DNA from: Macrostomum hystrix
Lineage: Eukaryota; Animalia; Platyhelminthes
Direction: 5' to 3'
Length of the DNA: 64,000 nucleotides
Assembly (NCBI GenBank): GCA_950097015.1
Contig: CATNEN010000034.1
Location: forward strand, 620,001 to 684,000
Each line of letters opens with the position of its first letter. The stretch's first letter is position 1. Positions 40,447-51,900 of the stretch are shown piece after piece. Position numbers and translations under genes: made by a program. A model generated the notes under the pieces. That model ran no database searches. It was not told the DNA's origin and saw only the letters and a program-made list of their open reading frames with translations.

Positions 40447-43400
40447 ATGGAGAATGGGGTGCCAGTGCAGACATTCAGCAGCAATGATTACAAGCCGCAG
40501 TACCAGGGTGTGTTCTCTGAGAACAAGTCCAGCGACTTCCTGCTCAAAGTGCTCTTCATTCTGGCTCTGTTCCTGGCCCTTCTTTTCCTAACCGCCTGGT
40601 ATATAACTCGAAAGAATGTCCGCGTTCCCATGGCAACAGTGTGTCGAGTTACTCCAACTAGCCTTATGCTGCGTGAATACCTAATGCAGTTCACCGATCC
40701 CTTCGTGCTGGTAGAATTCAATAAGCGACGCGACTGGCTGTTCGTCATTAGCCAGGCCGATGTGATCTACAGTTCCGCTTTCACCTCCAAGCTGATCTAT
40801 GCCAGGCCACACCTTGCTTTCGGTGAGAGGCAATGAGACTGACTGGCTTGGGGATGTGTGAGACTGGCTTGGGGATGTGTGAGACTGGCTTGGGGATGTG
40901 TGAGACTGGCTTGGTAATTTGTGAGACTGGCTTGGGGATGTGTGAGACTGGCTTGGTAATTTGTGAGACTGGCTTGGTAATTTGTGAGACTGGCTTGGTA
41001 ATTTGTGAGACTGGCTTGGTAATTTGTGAGACTGGCTTGGGGATGTGTGAGACTGGCTTGGGGAAGTGTGAGACTGCAATTGATATAAGCATTCGAACGA
41101 GGACATTTGAATGCTTCTGTAACCAGGTATCTGGGCCCATTATAAGTTCTCCCACGAACCCACCAGACGACTGGAAGGCCACCACGGTGTACTCGCTGAA
41201 TTACGAGGAGGTGCGCGTTGTCAGCCTGCTATCCAGATTCTCCGTTGATGACCTGCTGCATTCCCATGCACTGATGGGTGACTGCGTCGACGACGCTCTG
41301 GCCGGCTTGGGCGAACGGCTACGCGGCGACGGCGAGGATCGAAACGGCGAGACCGACGCCGTTATCGACGAGGCGACAGTGATAGGCATTGTTCGCGCTT
41401 ACATTCTGGACGCGGTGTTCGGCTGGGCCGACCTCTGCGACGATTTGCAGCCGCAGTTGGACAGCATCCTGGACAAGTACCTGGCCTTCTTCCGCTCCGC
41501 CCACCTGCTTAACCCCAACTGCGATGGACCTCGCATGCACCGTCTGCAGGAGGACCTGCACGGAGAGATCCGGGTTAGTAGGGCTTGATTTTTAACCTTG
41601 ATTTTTAAGCTCACTCCGTTCACCTCTGCTAAACTTTACCCCACCTGTCTTCTCTGCTAAACTCTACCCCACCTGTCTCCTCTGCTAAACTCTACCCCAC
41701 CTGTCTTCTCTGCTAAACTCTACCCCACCTGTCTTCTCTGCTAAACTCTACCCCACCTGTCTTCTCTGCTAAACTCTACCCCACCTGTCTCTGCTAAACT
41801 CTACCCCACCTGTCTCCTCTGCTAAACTCTACCCCACCTGTCTTCTCTGCTAAACTCTACCCCACCTGTCTCCTCTGCTAAACTCTACCCCACCTGTCTT
41901 CTCTGCTAAACTCTACCCCACCTGTCTCTGCTAAACTCTACCCCACCTGTCTCCTCTGCTAAACTCTACCCCACCTGTCTCCTCTGCTAAACTCTACCCC
42001 ACCTGTCTTCTCTGCTAAACTCTACCCCACCTGTCTTCTCTGCTAAACTCTACCCCACCTGTCTTCTCTGCTAAACTCTACCCCACCTGTCTTCTCTGCT
42101 AAACTCTACCCCACCTGTCTCTGCTAAACTCTACCCCACCTGTCTCCTCTGCTAAACTCTACCCCACCTGTCTTCTCTGCTAAACTCTACCCCACCTGTC
42201 TCTGCTAAACTCTACCCCACCATTCTTTGCTAAACTCTACTACACCTGTCTCCTCTGCTAAACTCTACCCCACCTGTCTCCTCTGCTAAACTCTACCCCA
42301 TATGTCTTCTGTGCTAAACTCTACCCCACCTGTCTTCTCTGTTAAACTCTACCCCACCTGTCTCTGCTAAACTCTACCCCACCATTCTTTGCTAAACTCT
42401 ACCACACCTGTCTCCTCTGCTATACTCTACCCCTCCTGTCTCCTCTGCTAGACTCTACCCCACCTTTCTCTACTAAACTCTACCCCACCTGTCTCCTCTC
42501 CCAGAATCTCTACCCCACCTTTCCATCTCTCTATAACCGATGTTTGTCATTATTTGCGTTTTATTTCAACTTGCTAATTAACCTCGATTATTCGGCAGGA
42601 CTTTCTGGACCACTTCATGAGCGACACGCACAACAACCTGGTCGACCGGCCAGTCGCCAGCTTCGTTGAGCGCTTCATCAAAGAGAAGATGTCATTCGAC
42701 CAGTGCGGCATCACCGACACGGACTTTATCACGGCTAATCACATGCTGCAGGAGGCTCTGGACTTTGCCAGCCTGGTTCTGGCCATTGTGCCCGACCTTG
42801 TTTACGCCACGCTGAAGCGCGTGGCGGCTGCGCCGGACGAGTTTTTTGCGGCTGTCAACGTGGCCGACAATGACAGCGTGGAGGCCGCGCTGGAGGAGGT
42901 CTGGGAGGGGGGACCAACGAGTAATTTTTATATGCGAGCTCTAGAAATCTGACTGATTGGTCGTGAGTTCGAATCCCAGCTTGAGAAATTCACTTAATTC
43001 CCAGGTGATTCAGTTCACCCTGTTGTAAAATGGGTATCAGCATCAACTGCAATGGATATAGTTGGGTGGGTGTGGCTGCCAAGTCCATTTACAATTCCAG
43101 GGTGTTGGTTTAAGTATAAGCACCTAACGAGTACATGTCAATAAGATAAGCAAACTAGTCGGATGTACATTGGGGGAGAGAGTGAAAGGAGTGAGTGTGG
43201 CTCGCCAGCCAATAGCAAGAGAGAGGGGGGATTTCAATTGAAATTGACCGGAAGTCCTTTAAATAAACGATTAGGAAATGAAGTGTAGTCACAATCGACA
43301 TCAATGTCTCGCTCTCCCAAACAAACTCCAATTCCCAAATTACAGGCCAATAATAGATGATTTATCGATGAAAATAATCCAAGGTTATCCAAAATTCCAA

Positions 43401-43920
43401 TCAAGATCGAAATCGATCCATGAAATCCTTAATTCCATTTGTGGCAGGTGAAACTTGTCGAGATCCAGACAATCCAAAAATCCCAGCCGCAGAATTTAAT
43501 AATCGAACTCTTTCCAAGGTGATTCGCGTCGAGGACATCGGCAGCGACACGGTGGTGTTCCTCAGCACAGCCGAGTTGGTGTGCGCCGGCTGCCTCCTAC
43601 CAATGGGCTCCTGCGTGGCCGTGAATCTGCACGCTGTGAACCGCGATCAGCTGACCTTTCATTCGTCCGGTCAGCTGGTGTGGGACCGGTTCGCCAGGCC
43701 GGGCCAGCAGCAGCAGCCGGGTGATGCTGGCGCCGCCTCTCCGCTGCAGGCCGCCCACGCCAAGTCGCCTTTCTACCGATTCGCCCTGTCGTTGGCCTCA
43801 GCCATGGTTCAGGGAGTACTGCTCAGATACCAGCTGAGGCCGGGTAAAAATGCGGCCCGAATTGCCTACAATGCCAGGCCGGAGGAAGAGACGGATAAAA
43901 CTATTAGTTGTGAGGCCTGA
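40447..43920 (+). CDS. Cytochrome P450-fold protein lacking the axial Cys; exons 40447-40822, 41167-41573, 42599-42898, 43519-43920 (494 aa)
   Basis: N-terminal TM anchor [23 protein letters not shown]-helix VEAALEE|VIR gives ExxR across the exon 3/4 junction. [18 protein letters not shown] resembles IPKGT.V.VN.WAVHRD, and WDRF occupies the PERF position. The Cys-pocket region reads [15 protein letters not shown]. Splice phases are consistent (1,0,0) and the total is 1485 nt. The exon 3/4 junction has alternatives (see findings). Confidence 0.8.
40835..41076. repeat. 21-bp minisatellite (gagactggcttggggatgtgt), P450 intron 1
   Basis: ~11 copies, starting 12 nt after the donor. Confidence 0.95.
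41623..42520. repeat. 28/25-bp minisatellite (ctctgctaaactctaccccacctgtctt), P450 intron 2
   Basis: ~32 copies. Confidence 0.95.
42945..43090 (+). mobile_element. Diverged SINE fragment in P450 intron 3
   Basis: B box gagttcgaatccc, CORE remnant cacttaa...cagttcaccctgttgtaaaatgggta, and gggtgtggc...gtccat as in the other copies. Confidence 0.6.
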
Positions 43921-44790
43921 ATTCTAAAAAAAACAGTTTTTTTGTTATGCTACTGTCAGTAGAGTGAAGGCATGATAACATTCACTTCTTTGTTCACCGT
44001 AGTTAAATAGCCCGCATTGTCAAGCCAAGCTGCTGCCTGCGATTCCGTTATAAAATTGTCCTTAGCTTTTTGCCTAGTCACTTCCATGTCGTTATGTGTG
44101 TAATTTCTTACTGTTATTTGTTATTTTACACGAATTTAAGTTGTTTTCATTGCTCGCGTTTCTTTAATATTTATCAAATAATGTTATTAGCTCGATTTGA
44201 CTAAATCCTAGCCTAGCTAACCTCAGTATAAATATTTACTTTGTTACTTGGGTATATTTGTTTGTTTGTTGTCTAGCGTTTATCCAGCTTTTAGACATAG
44301 TTTGTGTCGACTGCGCGTTAGATCGCCAGTCATTCAGTTTCGTTTTTCACTTTTTTCACTTTACGTTTTCATGCATGAGTGTTCACTTGTAAAAGCTTGC
44401 TTTTTGTGTCATGCTTCATTTTAAGCATCTATCTAGTCTTGCTGGTTATCAACTGTAGCTTTGAAGTGCATGCTAGTCAAATTAATTATTCTTTTTTTTT
44501 ATTGTGCAATGTTTTTTTAATATAAGCGTGGTAAAAATAAAAGTATCATTTTTATTATACACCTGAGTGCTCTAAAATGGATCGACTTTAAACTGGCTTT
44601 TGTTTTTTCTTTAGTTGAATAATATAAGTAAATTTGTTTATCTGCATTGAAAGAACTGCTCCAGCCATTTCTGCATGGTGACATTACTTAACGACAAGCT
44701 TAAGAACGCGCTACCGGGCTAAAACAGGGAATATCAATGGGAGAACCGGGCCTCATCCCTCCGTATAACTACCCCATCTCTGATGATATT

Positions 44791-45109
44791 AAGGGGATTG
44801 TAGACTAGTGGGTTAGAGTGTTGGACTTACGACTTGAAGGTCGGGGGTTCGATTCCCGACTCCACTGGAACAATTTATGTTCTTTAGCAAGACACTTAAC
44901 TCTGCATTGCTTCAGTTCACTCAGCTATTAAATTGGTAGCAGCATTAGCTGGGTAATTAGCTGCGTAATTGAGTGTGGGTGTGGCGTCCCCCCAGTCCAT
45001 GGACTGAATAGCCGTACGCAGCCTTCAGATGCGCCGCACAATAGCTGCGGCTGTGCTGTCGGCTGCACATCTGGGCTGATTAGTGCAGGTGTAATCAATT
45101 AAACTATTT
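44791..45109 (+). mobile_element. Full-length CORE-type SINE with 12-bp TSD
   Basis: tRNA head, CORE and 3' region colinear with the 10467 copy. Direct repeat TCTGATGATATT at 44779-44790 and 45110-45121. Confidence 0.85.
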
Positions 45110-45994
45110 TCTGATGATATTGGTAGCGTGAAGTGGGTGAATTAGACACTTAAGGAAAGCAAAAAAGTCTTCCAAAAAGGAGGGGGTTGGGTGAAATTTG
45201 ACAAGCATAAAACCCCAAAAATATAATTTATTTTATTTTATTATTTTCTTTTTTTCCGGGACGGAGGGGGTTTGAAAGTTCAAGTTCCTGCAGGTGTTTC
45301 CTCCTGCAGCGAGAGGAAAGTGATATGAGAAGAGCAAGTAAGAATCCTAAAAAGTTATACCCGTTAAGGTCGCGGTTACTTCATTTTCTTGAGAATCTAG
45401 AGATAATCTAGAGATATCTAGAATCTAGAATCTAGAGATATCTGGATAATCTAGAAAATTTATGTGAAATTTTAGGACGCAGAACAAATGCACGAGAAAC
45501 AGAGCTACAAGTCTATATTTTTCGTTTTTCAAATATTCATGTTTACTTTTTCAGTAAAATTGTCAAGTCATGAGTGATCTCACTGCACGCAGCACAATTC
45601 GAAATACTGCACTTGCGTAACGAGCATTAATCAAAGAAAAAGTAAAATGTGGAGCAAAATTTTTGATCGGCCATATAAACGAGTAGATAAAAAAGTTTTT
45701 TTAATATGAATCTTAATCTTGTTTGCAGCCTTCAAATGTGGCAAGGTTTTTCGGGTTTGATTTAACTCACTAAAAATAGTATAAATTGACGTGTCGCGGA
45801 CCGCTTCTCACGGGCGCCAAATTAATTTTTGTTGTTTGCTCCCAGAAGTTAACACTCTATTTTAGGAAATGCATTGTGTCTTCTTATATATTGTAATTAG
45901 TTAGCATTTTTGTTAATATCAGTGAATTATAAGACAATATGATTGAAATTATCGATTGTAATAATGTAATTAGAAATTGTCTACAATTAATATA

Positions 45995-48900
45995 ATGTCT
46001 GTAAATATGAGACGTAGCATAAAACCACATGGAGGTGAGTAGTATATTACGCAAACAATCCGTTTTTTCATAAACACCCTAACTTTCTAGACTTTTAAAA
46101 AACATAACAGAATGTATGTCTGAATGCTGAACTGACAAATTTTAACATAAATTTAATGGTGTATACTTAATTATTTTAAGATCGCTATCTATACTGGGTT
46201 TTAAAACCTAGCCTCCTAGTCCTAGCAAGGCCTAGCTATAGCATAGCCATATGCCCACTCTTGGCTTTACAAAAGAATTAACTAAAATCCCATACCCTTC
46301 CAGTTTTTTTAGTTGCAAATGTGTAATGTTCTTCATTAGTTCCAAAAAGAATTTAAATTATTATTTTTATGTAATAGCAAAATAATTTTTTTCATTTCAT
46401 AATTTTTGTTGCATAATAATTTTAATATTAACAACATAACTAACTATTATAATTATATATGCTTTTAGAATGATAGTTAAATAAATTAGAGGACAAGAAA
46501 AACTAAAACTTTAAGAAAAACAAGAGGCTACAAAAACATTCTCCATAGTATTTATATTTTCTACTACTAATAGTATTTTTAAGCAAAATTCTAGTAATAT
46601 TTTAAAGCTAAACTATTTAATAAATTACAATCAAATCAGATTAATAAAACTAACAACTAACAGCTAAGGCATCAAGTATAGTCTCAGTATCACAAACTAT
46701 GGCTAGGCTTAGAAATCATAAAAATTTTGTATACTAACATACAGTTCTTTTTCTCCTTACTTGAAATTGACTAGTATATTTTTTCTGAGAACTCCAAAGA
46801 GGCCTATATTTAGTTAAGTATAAAACAGAAATTGAAATAGCTTAGATTATGATAAATATAACAATTAATTTTTCAACATTTTAAACTTTTTATACAGTCT
46901 TGGCTTAAATCTTTAATCTTGGCTTGGCTCAAAACTTTAATCCCTCATAGTATAGCAAGACTTGCTTATGAGGGTCATAGTCAATTACAACTGGCCATAT
47001 ATGCAATAGTTAATGGGGTAGTATTGTTGTAGCCTAGACATGTCATTGCCATTATAGGGGTCCAGATGTATACAAGCATGTAAAAATGATTAACTAATAT
47101 TTATATATTTTTTAATATTATTAAGCAAAATGATATTCTAAAGCAAATAATAGTCTGGTTAGTGCATTTTTTGAAAGCTTAAAGTTTTTAATGCAAAAAA
47201 TTACCACTTAACTGTGTACTAAACTTTACTAAAATAGCTATAAGCTATATCCCTTAAAATTAATTTATGTAGCATAAATTCATATTTAAATCTAAACATT
47301 TCAATATGCCAGATCTGACCACATTTCAACTATTAAACCAAGTTTGTAAGCTAAAACTATTTTGTGTTTATATAATTTCTTATGTTTATGTGAGTGACCA
47401 ATTTAGTTTTTTTCTGTAGTTCTTAAAATTAGATTTCATTGTCGAAAACTCCATCAAGTCACTGTATGAATAGCTTTTATTTACTAAACAAAGTCGAGTT
47501 GTTAATGGGTATAGCTAAGATGGTAAAAAGACCTATGTATCTAATCAACTAGACTTTAGAACTTATTTTTTTAAAGTATAAAATGCTTAGTACCTTGTTA
47601 GCCATGTTGGCCAAAATGTGTCCTCTTTTTTATATTATTCAAATCTAGATAAAAAGTGATATAGCTCAAATGTTGATCATTTCTAATGTCAAACTAATGT
47701 TTTTTTTCAAAACATTAGGTGGCTCCAGCGGGGGCAGCTTTCACGCACTTGGCAACAAAAGTACCACAGTTGGAGGAGCTGGCACAGCAGCTGCCACTGG
47801 CGCCGCAGTTTCGCATTCGCCGCTTGGTGGCGTTGGTGTCGCCGTTGCCATGCCTTTGCCGGCACAGCCTATGCCGACGCCGACGCCTCATCTGACTGGT
47901 CAGCGTCGCCCAGGTGTGAAAGAAGCTGGCTTCGAAGCCAACGCCTGGCCAATAGATCCAACCAATCTGGTCCGCTCCGTTGAAGAGCTGGAATCCCGAG
48001 GCAATTCGGAGGGTCGCACCCAAGCCGAGATGCACCTGTGCGGTGCTTTAGTCCAGCTGAGATCTTGCAAGGCCCGCCTACCGCCAATCCTGGCTGTCAG
48101 TCTGGCCTACCTGGCCAAGTCCAGGCCGGCCAGTTTCACCCGGCCCTCAGTGTTTGAAGGCCTCTGCTCGTTTCTGCGCAAACGCGATCAAGTGTCCCGG
48201 CCGGCTGCCATGCTCTGCGTTGGCCTGCTGTCCGCTGCGCTGCGCGATCTGGATGCCTGGCCGGAGCCCATTCTTAGAGCCTACGTTGAGGATTCAATAG
48301 GCGAGCGCTACTGGGTTGACCGCAGCGACTGTCGCTGGATTGTGCGCAATCTTGAAGCCTCGTTTCCTAATACTACGCCGGCTGATGCCCTGTTCGCCTT
48401 TGGCAATCGTTCTCGACTGGATCAGGTTGCACTTCCTGGCGCCGCTTCAGTTGGCGCGGCCGCCAGCGATGAAGACTCTGCGCAAAGCGGCAGCGGCTTC
48501 CTGGACGGCCAGGCTCAGCAGCAGCCGCCGATTCTGCCGCGCTACGCCAAGAAGCCGCCCTGGCTGGAGGAGCTGGTCGTCTGCTGCGTTAAAGACGCGC
48601 TCCAGAAACGCGGCCAGGCCACTTCTAGCGAGGCCGGCCAGAGAGCGGTCATCCGGCTCATGACTGTGGCTTCCGGCTATTCAGAGATTCGACTCATGGC
48701 TGCCAGCAGGCTGGAGATGTGGCTGCAGCTGGCCAAATTGCAGGTTAGTAGAGAACTCTCTTATGCTAAAAGTCAATTTAAATTTATCTATTTTGTTGAT
48801 CTATTGATCTGTTGATTCTATTGACATGATTCAAATTAATTCTGTTGATCTAGTTGATAATTATGTTGATCTGATTGATAATTACGAGTATATTGATCTG

Positions 48901-51900
48901 ATTGAAAATTATTTTGATCTGATTGAAAATTATTTTGATCTGATTGATAATTGTGTTGATCTGATTGATAATTATGCTGATCTGATTGATAATTATGCTG
49001 ATCTGATTGATAATTATGTTCATCTGATTGATAATTATGTTCATCTGATTGATAATTCTTTTGATCTGATTGATAATTGTGCTGATCTGATAGATGATTC
49101 TTTTGATCTGATTGATAATTATGTTGATCTGATTTATAATTATCTTGATCTGATTGATAATTATGTTCATCTGATTGATAATTCTTTTGATCTGATTGAT
49201 AATTGTGCTGATCTGATAGATGATTCTTTTGATCTGATTGATAATTATGTTGATCTGATTGATAATTATCTTGATCTGATTGATAATTATGTTCATCTGA
49301 TTGATAATTCTTTTGATCTGATTGATAATTGTGCTGATCTGATAGATGATTATTTTGTTCTGATTGATAATTATGTTGATCTGATTGATAATTATCTTGA
49401 TCTGATTGATAATTATGTTGATCTGATTGATAATTCTATCGATCTGATTGATAGTTATGCTGTTTTTATTGATAATTCTATCGATCTGATTGATAGTTAT
49501 GCTGATTTTATTGATAATTCTATCGATCTGATTGCTGGTATACACCGATCCGATTCGGCACAAATCCGCAGGCGGAGGCCATGGACCTGCTCACAGCTGT
49601 GTGCTGCAACTGCTCAGCATTGGCCGGCTCGCGCGACTGCGATGTTGTCGCCCGCCTGGTTGACAAGCTGCGCTTCAAATCGCACAAGACAGTGTTTGCC
49701 CACTATCTGCACTGCCTGAAACTGTTGGCATCTAAGCACGCTGACAACCTGCGTGCCATCTTAGCCACTGTTGTATCTAACGAGCTCAGCTCCGGTGTTC
49801 GCAATCCAAACAATGCGGCTGTACTGGCCGCTCTGCACAGCCACACTCCGAAGGAGGCCTGCCGTGCCCTGGCCGCTATATTCAGAGACCTACTAGTCCA
49901 GGACACCGGTCGGCACCAGCTCCGTTGTTTGCTGCGCGATCTCTATCGACATTTGAAGGCCGATCTGAGCCTGCCAGCTTTTGCTAAAGCTCTACTGTTG
50001 CCGCCTGACTCGCGAGTTGCTTCCCTGCCTGTGGAGCATAGGAGACAGTGAGTTTATGCCAGTATCTTGTTCCCTATGAGGTTCGGGGCTATTGGTAGAT
50101 TTTAAACATTAACTCGATCTCCATAATACAGATACGCTGAGAGCCAGCTGGACCTGCTCTGTGTCTGCCAGATGGTCAGCGCCGCCCAACCCTCAGTGCG
50201 CGAAGCCGTAGCCCGACGCCGCGATGTCGGCGAGCCGCCCGCCCTGACACGCCACTACGCCACCGTGGCAAAGCTTCATCGCCTTGCCCTGCACTGGCTA
50301 GCTGTAGGCCTGCCACACCTCCTGCCTAGAGACCAGCTGCCGCCGCCTCTGCTTGGCCTGTTCTCCAGGCGAGCCTGCTTTCTGCCCGTGCCGGATCCCG
50401 CACCGCCGGAGACGCCGCCAGCTAGTTGGGATCATCCTGCTGATCATTGGCCGCCGGAGCAGGACCGTCAGCTGGTGCTGCGATTGTGCTCCGAGGTACC
50501 GCTGCACAGCGAGACTATAGCCTCCGCCCTCCGGCTCGGTTTCGACGGCTTGCTCCAGCCGACATTCGATGCACTTAATTTAGCCTCCGAGCTGGTGTTC
50601 CGCTCAGCTGCTGCCCTGCTAGGCCCCGACGCCTGTCCTGCTCCGGCCGGCCCGGACGTTGCCCAGCGGCTGTTTGACGCGTGCGCCTATCGACCGTCGG
50701 ATGAACGGCTGCCGACCGCTGCGGGGCTGGCCGCATCCAATCCTTCAGGCTTTGCCGCCGCGCAAGCCTATTGGTCGGCTTCGCTAGCTTTGGTCTTCTT
50801 GGCTGCATTTAATCCTACTACGGTTGGGCGACTCGTTTGGGACAAGTGAGTTTTTTTGTTTTTTACTTTTTTGGTTTGTTGTGCATCTTTAAAGTCGGTT
50901 TCAGGTTCCTGGAATTATTTAGGAATCCTTAAAGTTGGGGTCAGACGACTTTTAAGTAGTTTTTAGTTACCTGAAGTTATTTTTGGGATAATGATACGGT
51001 TTCAGATGCCTGAAGTTATTTTGGGGGTAATGAATTCAGTTTCAGATGCCTGAAGTTATTTTGGGGGTAATGAATTCGGTTTCAGATGCCTGAAGTTATT
51101 TTGGGGGTAATGAATTCGGTTTCAGATGCCTGAAGTTATTTTGGGGGTAATGAATTCGGTTTCAGATGCCTGAAGTTATTTTGGGGGTAATAAATGGGGG
51201 TAAAAAATACGGTTTCAGATGCCTGAAGTTATTTTTGGGTGTAATGAATTCGGTTTCAGATGCCTGAAGTTATTTTTGGGGTAATAAATACGGTTTCAGA
51301 TGCCTGAAGTTATTTTTGGGGTAATAAATACGGTTTCAGATGCCTGAAGTTATTTTGGGGGTAATAAATATGGTTTCAGATACCTTAAGTTATTTTGGGT
51401 GTAATGAATTCGGTTTCAGATGCCTGAAATTATTTTGGGGGTAATAAATACGGTTTCAGATGCCTGAAGTTATTTTGTGGGTAATAAATACGGTTTCAGA
51501 TGCCTGAAGTTATTTTGGGGGTAATAAATACGGTTTCAGATACCTTAAGTTATTTTGGGTGTAATGAATTCGGTTTCAGATGCCTGAAATTATTTTTGGG
51601 TGTAATGAATTCGGTTTCAGATGCCTGAAATTATTTTTAGGTGTAATGAATTCGGTTTCAGATGCCTGAAATTATTTTTGGGTCTAATGAATTCGGTTTC
51701 AGATGCCTGAAATTATTTTGGGTGTAATGAATTCGGTTTCAGATGCCTGAACTTATTTTGGGTGTAATGAATTCGGTTTCAGATGCCTGAAGTTATTTTG
51801 GGTGTAATAAATACGGTTTCAGATGCCTGAAGTTATTTTGGGTGTAATGAATTCGGTTTCAGATGCCTGAAGTTATTTTGGGTGTAATGACGGTTTCAGA

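Noticed and set aside
40833-41166. 5' part of ORF 40833-41588 (GLGMCET repeats) as coding sequence
   Set aside because: It is the intron-1 minisatellite; the phase-compatible acceptor is at 41165-41166.
45736-45745. Alternative INTS1 first exon (ATG TGG CAA G)
   Set aside because: Weak donor (GTTTTT) and no similarity to the INTS1 N-terminus; 45995-46034 has GTGAGT and the RR..KP pattern.
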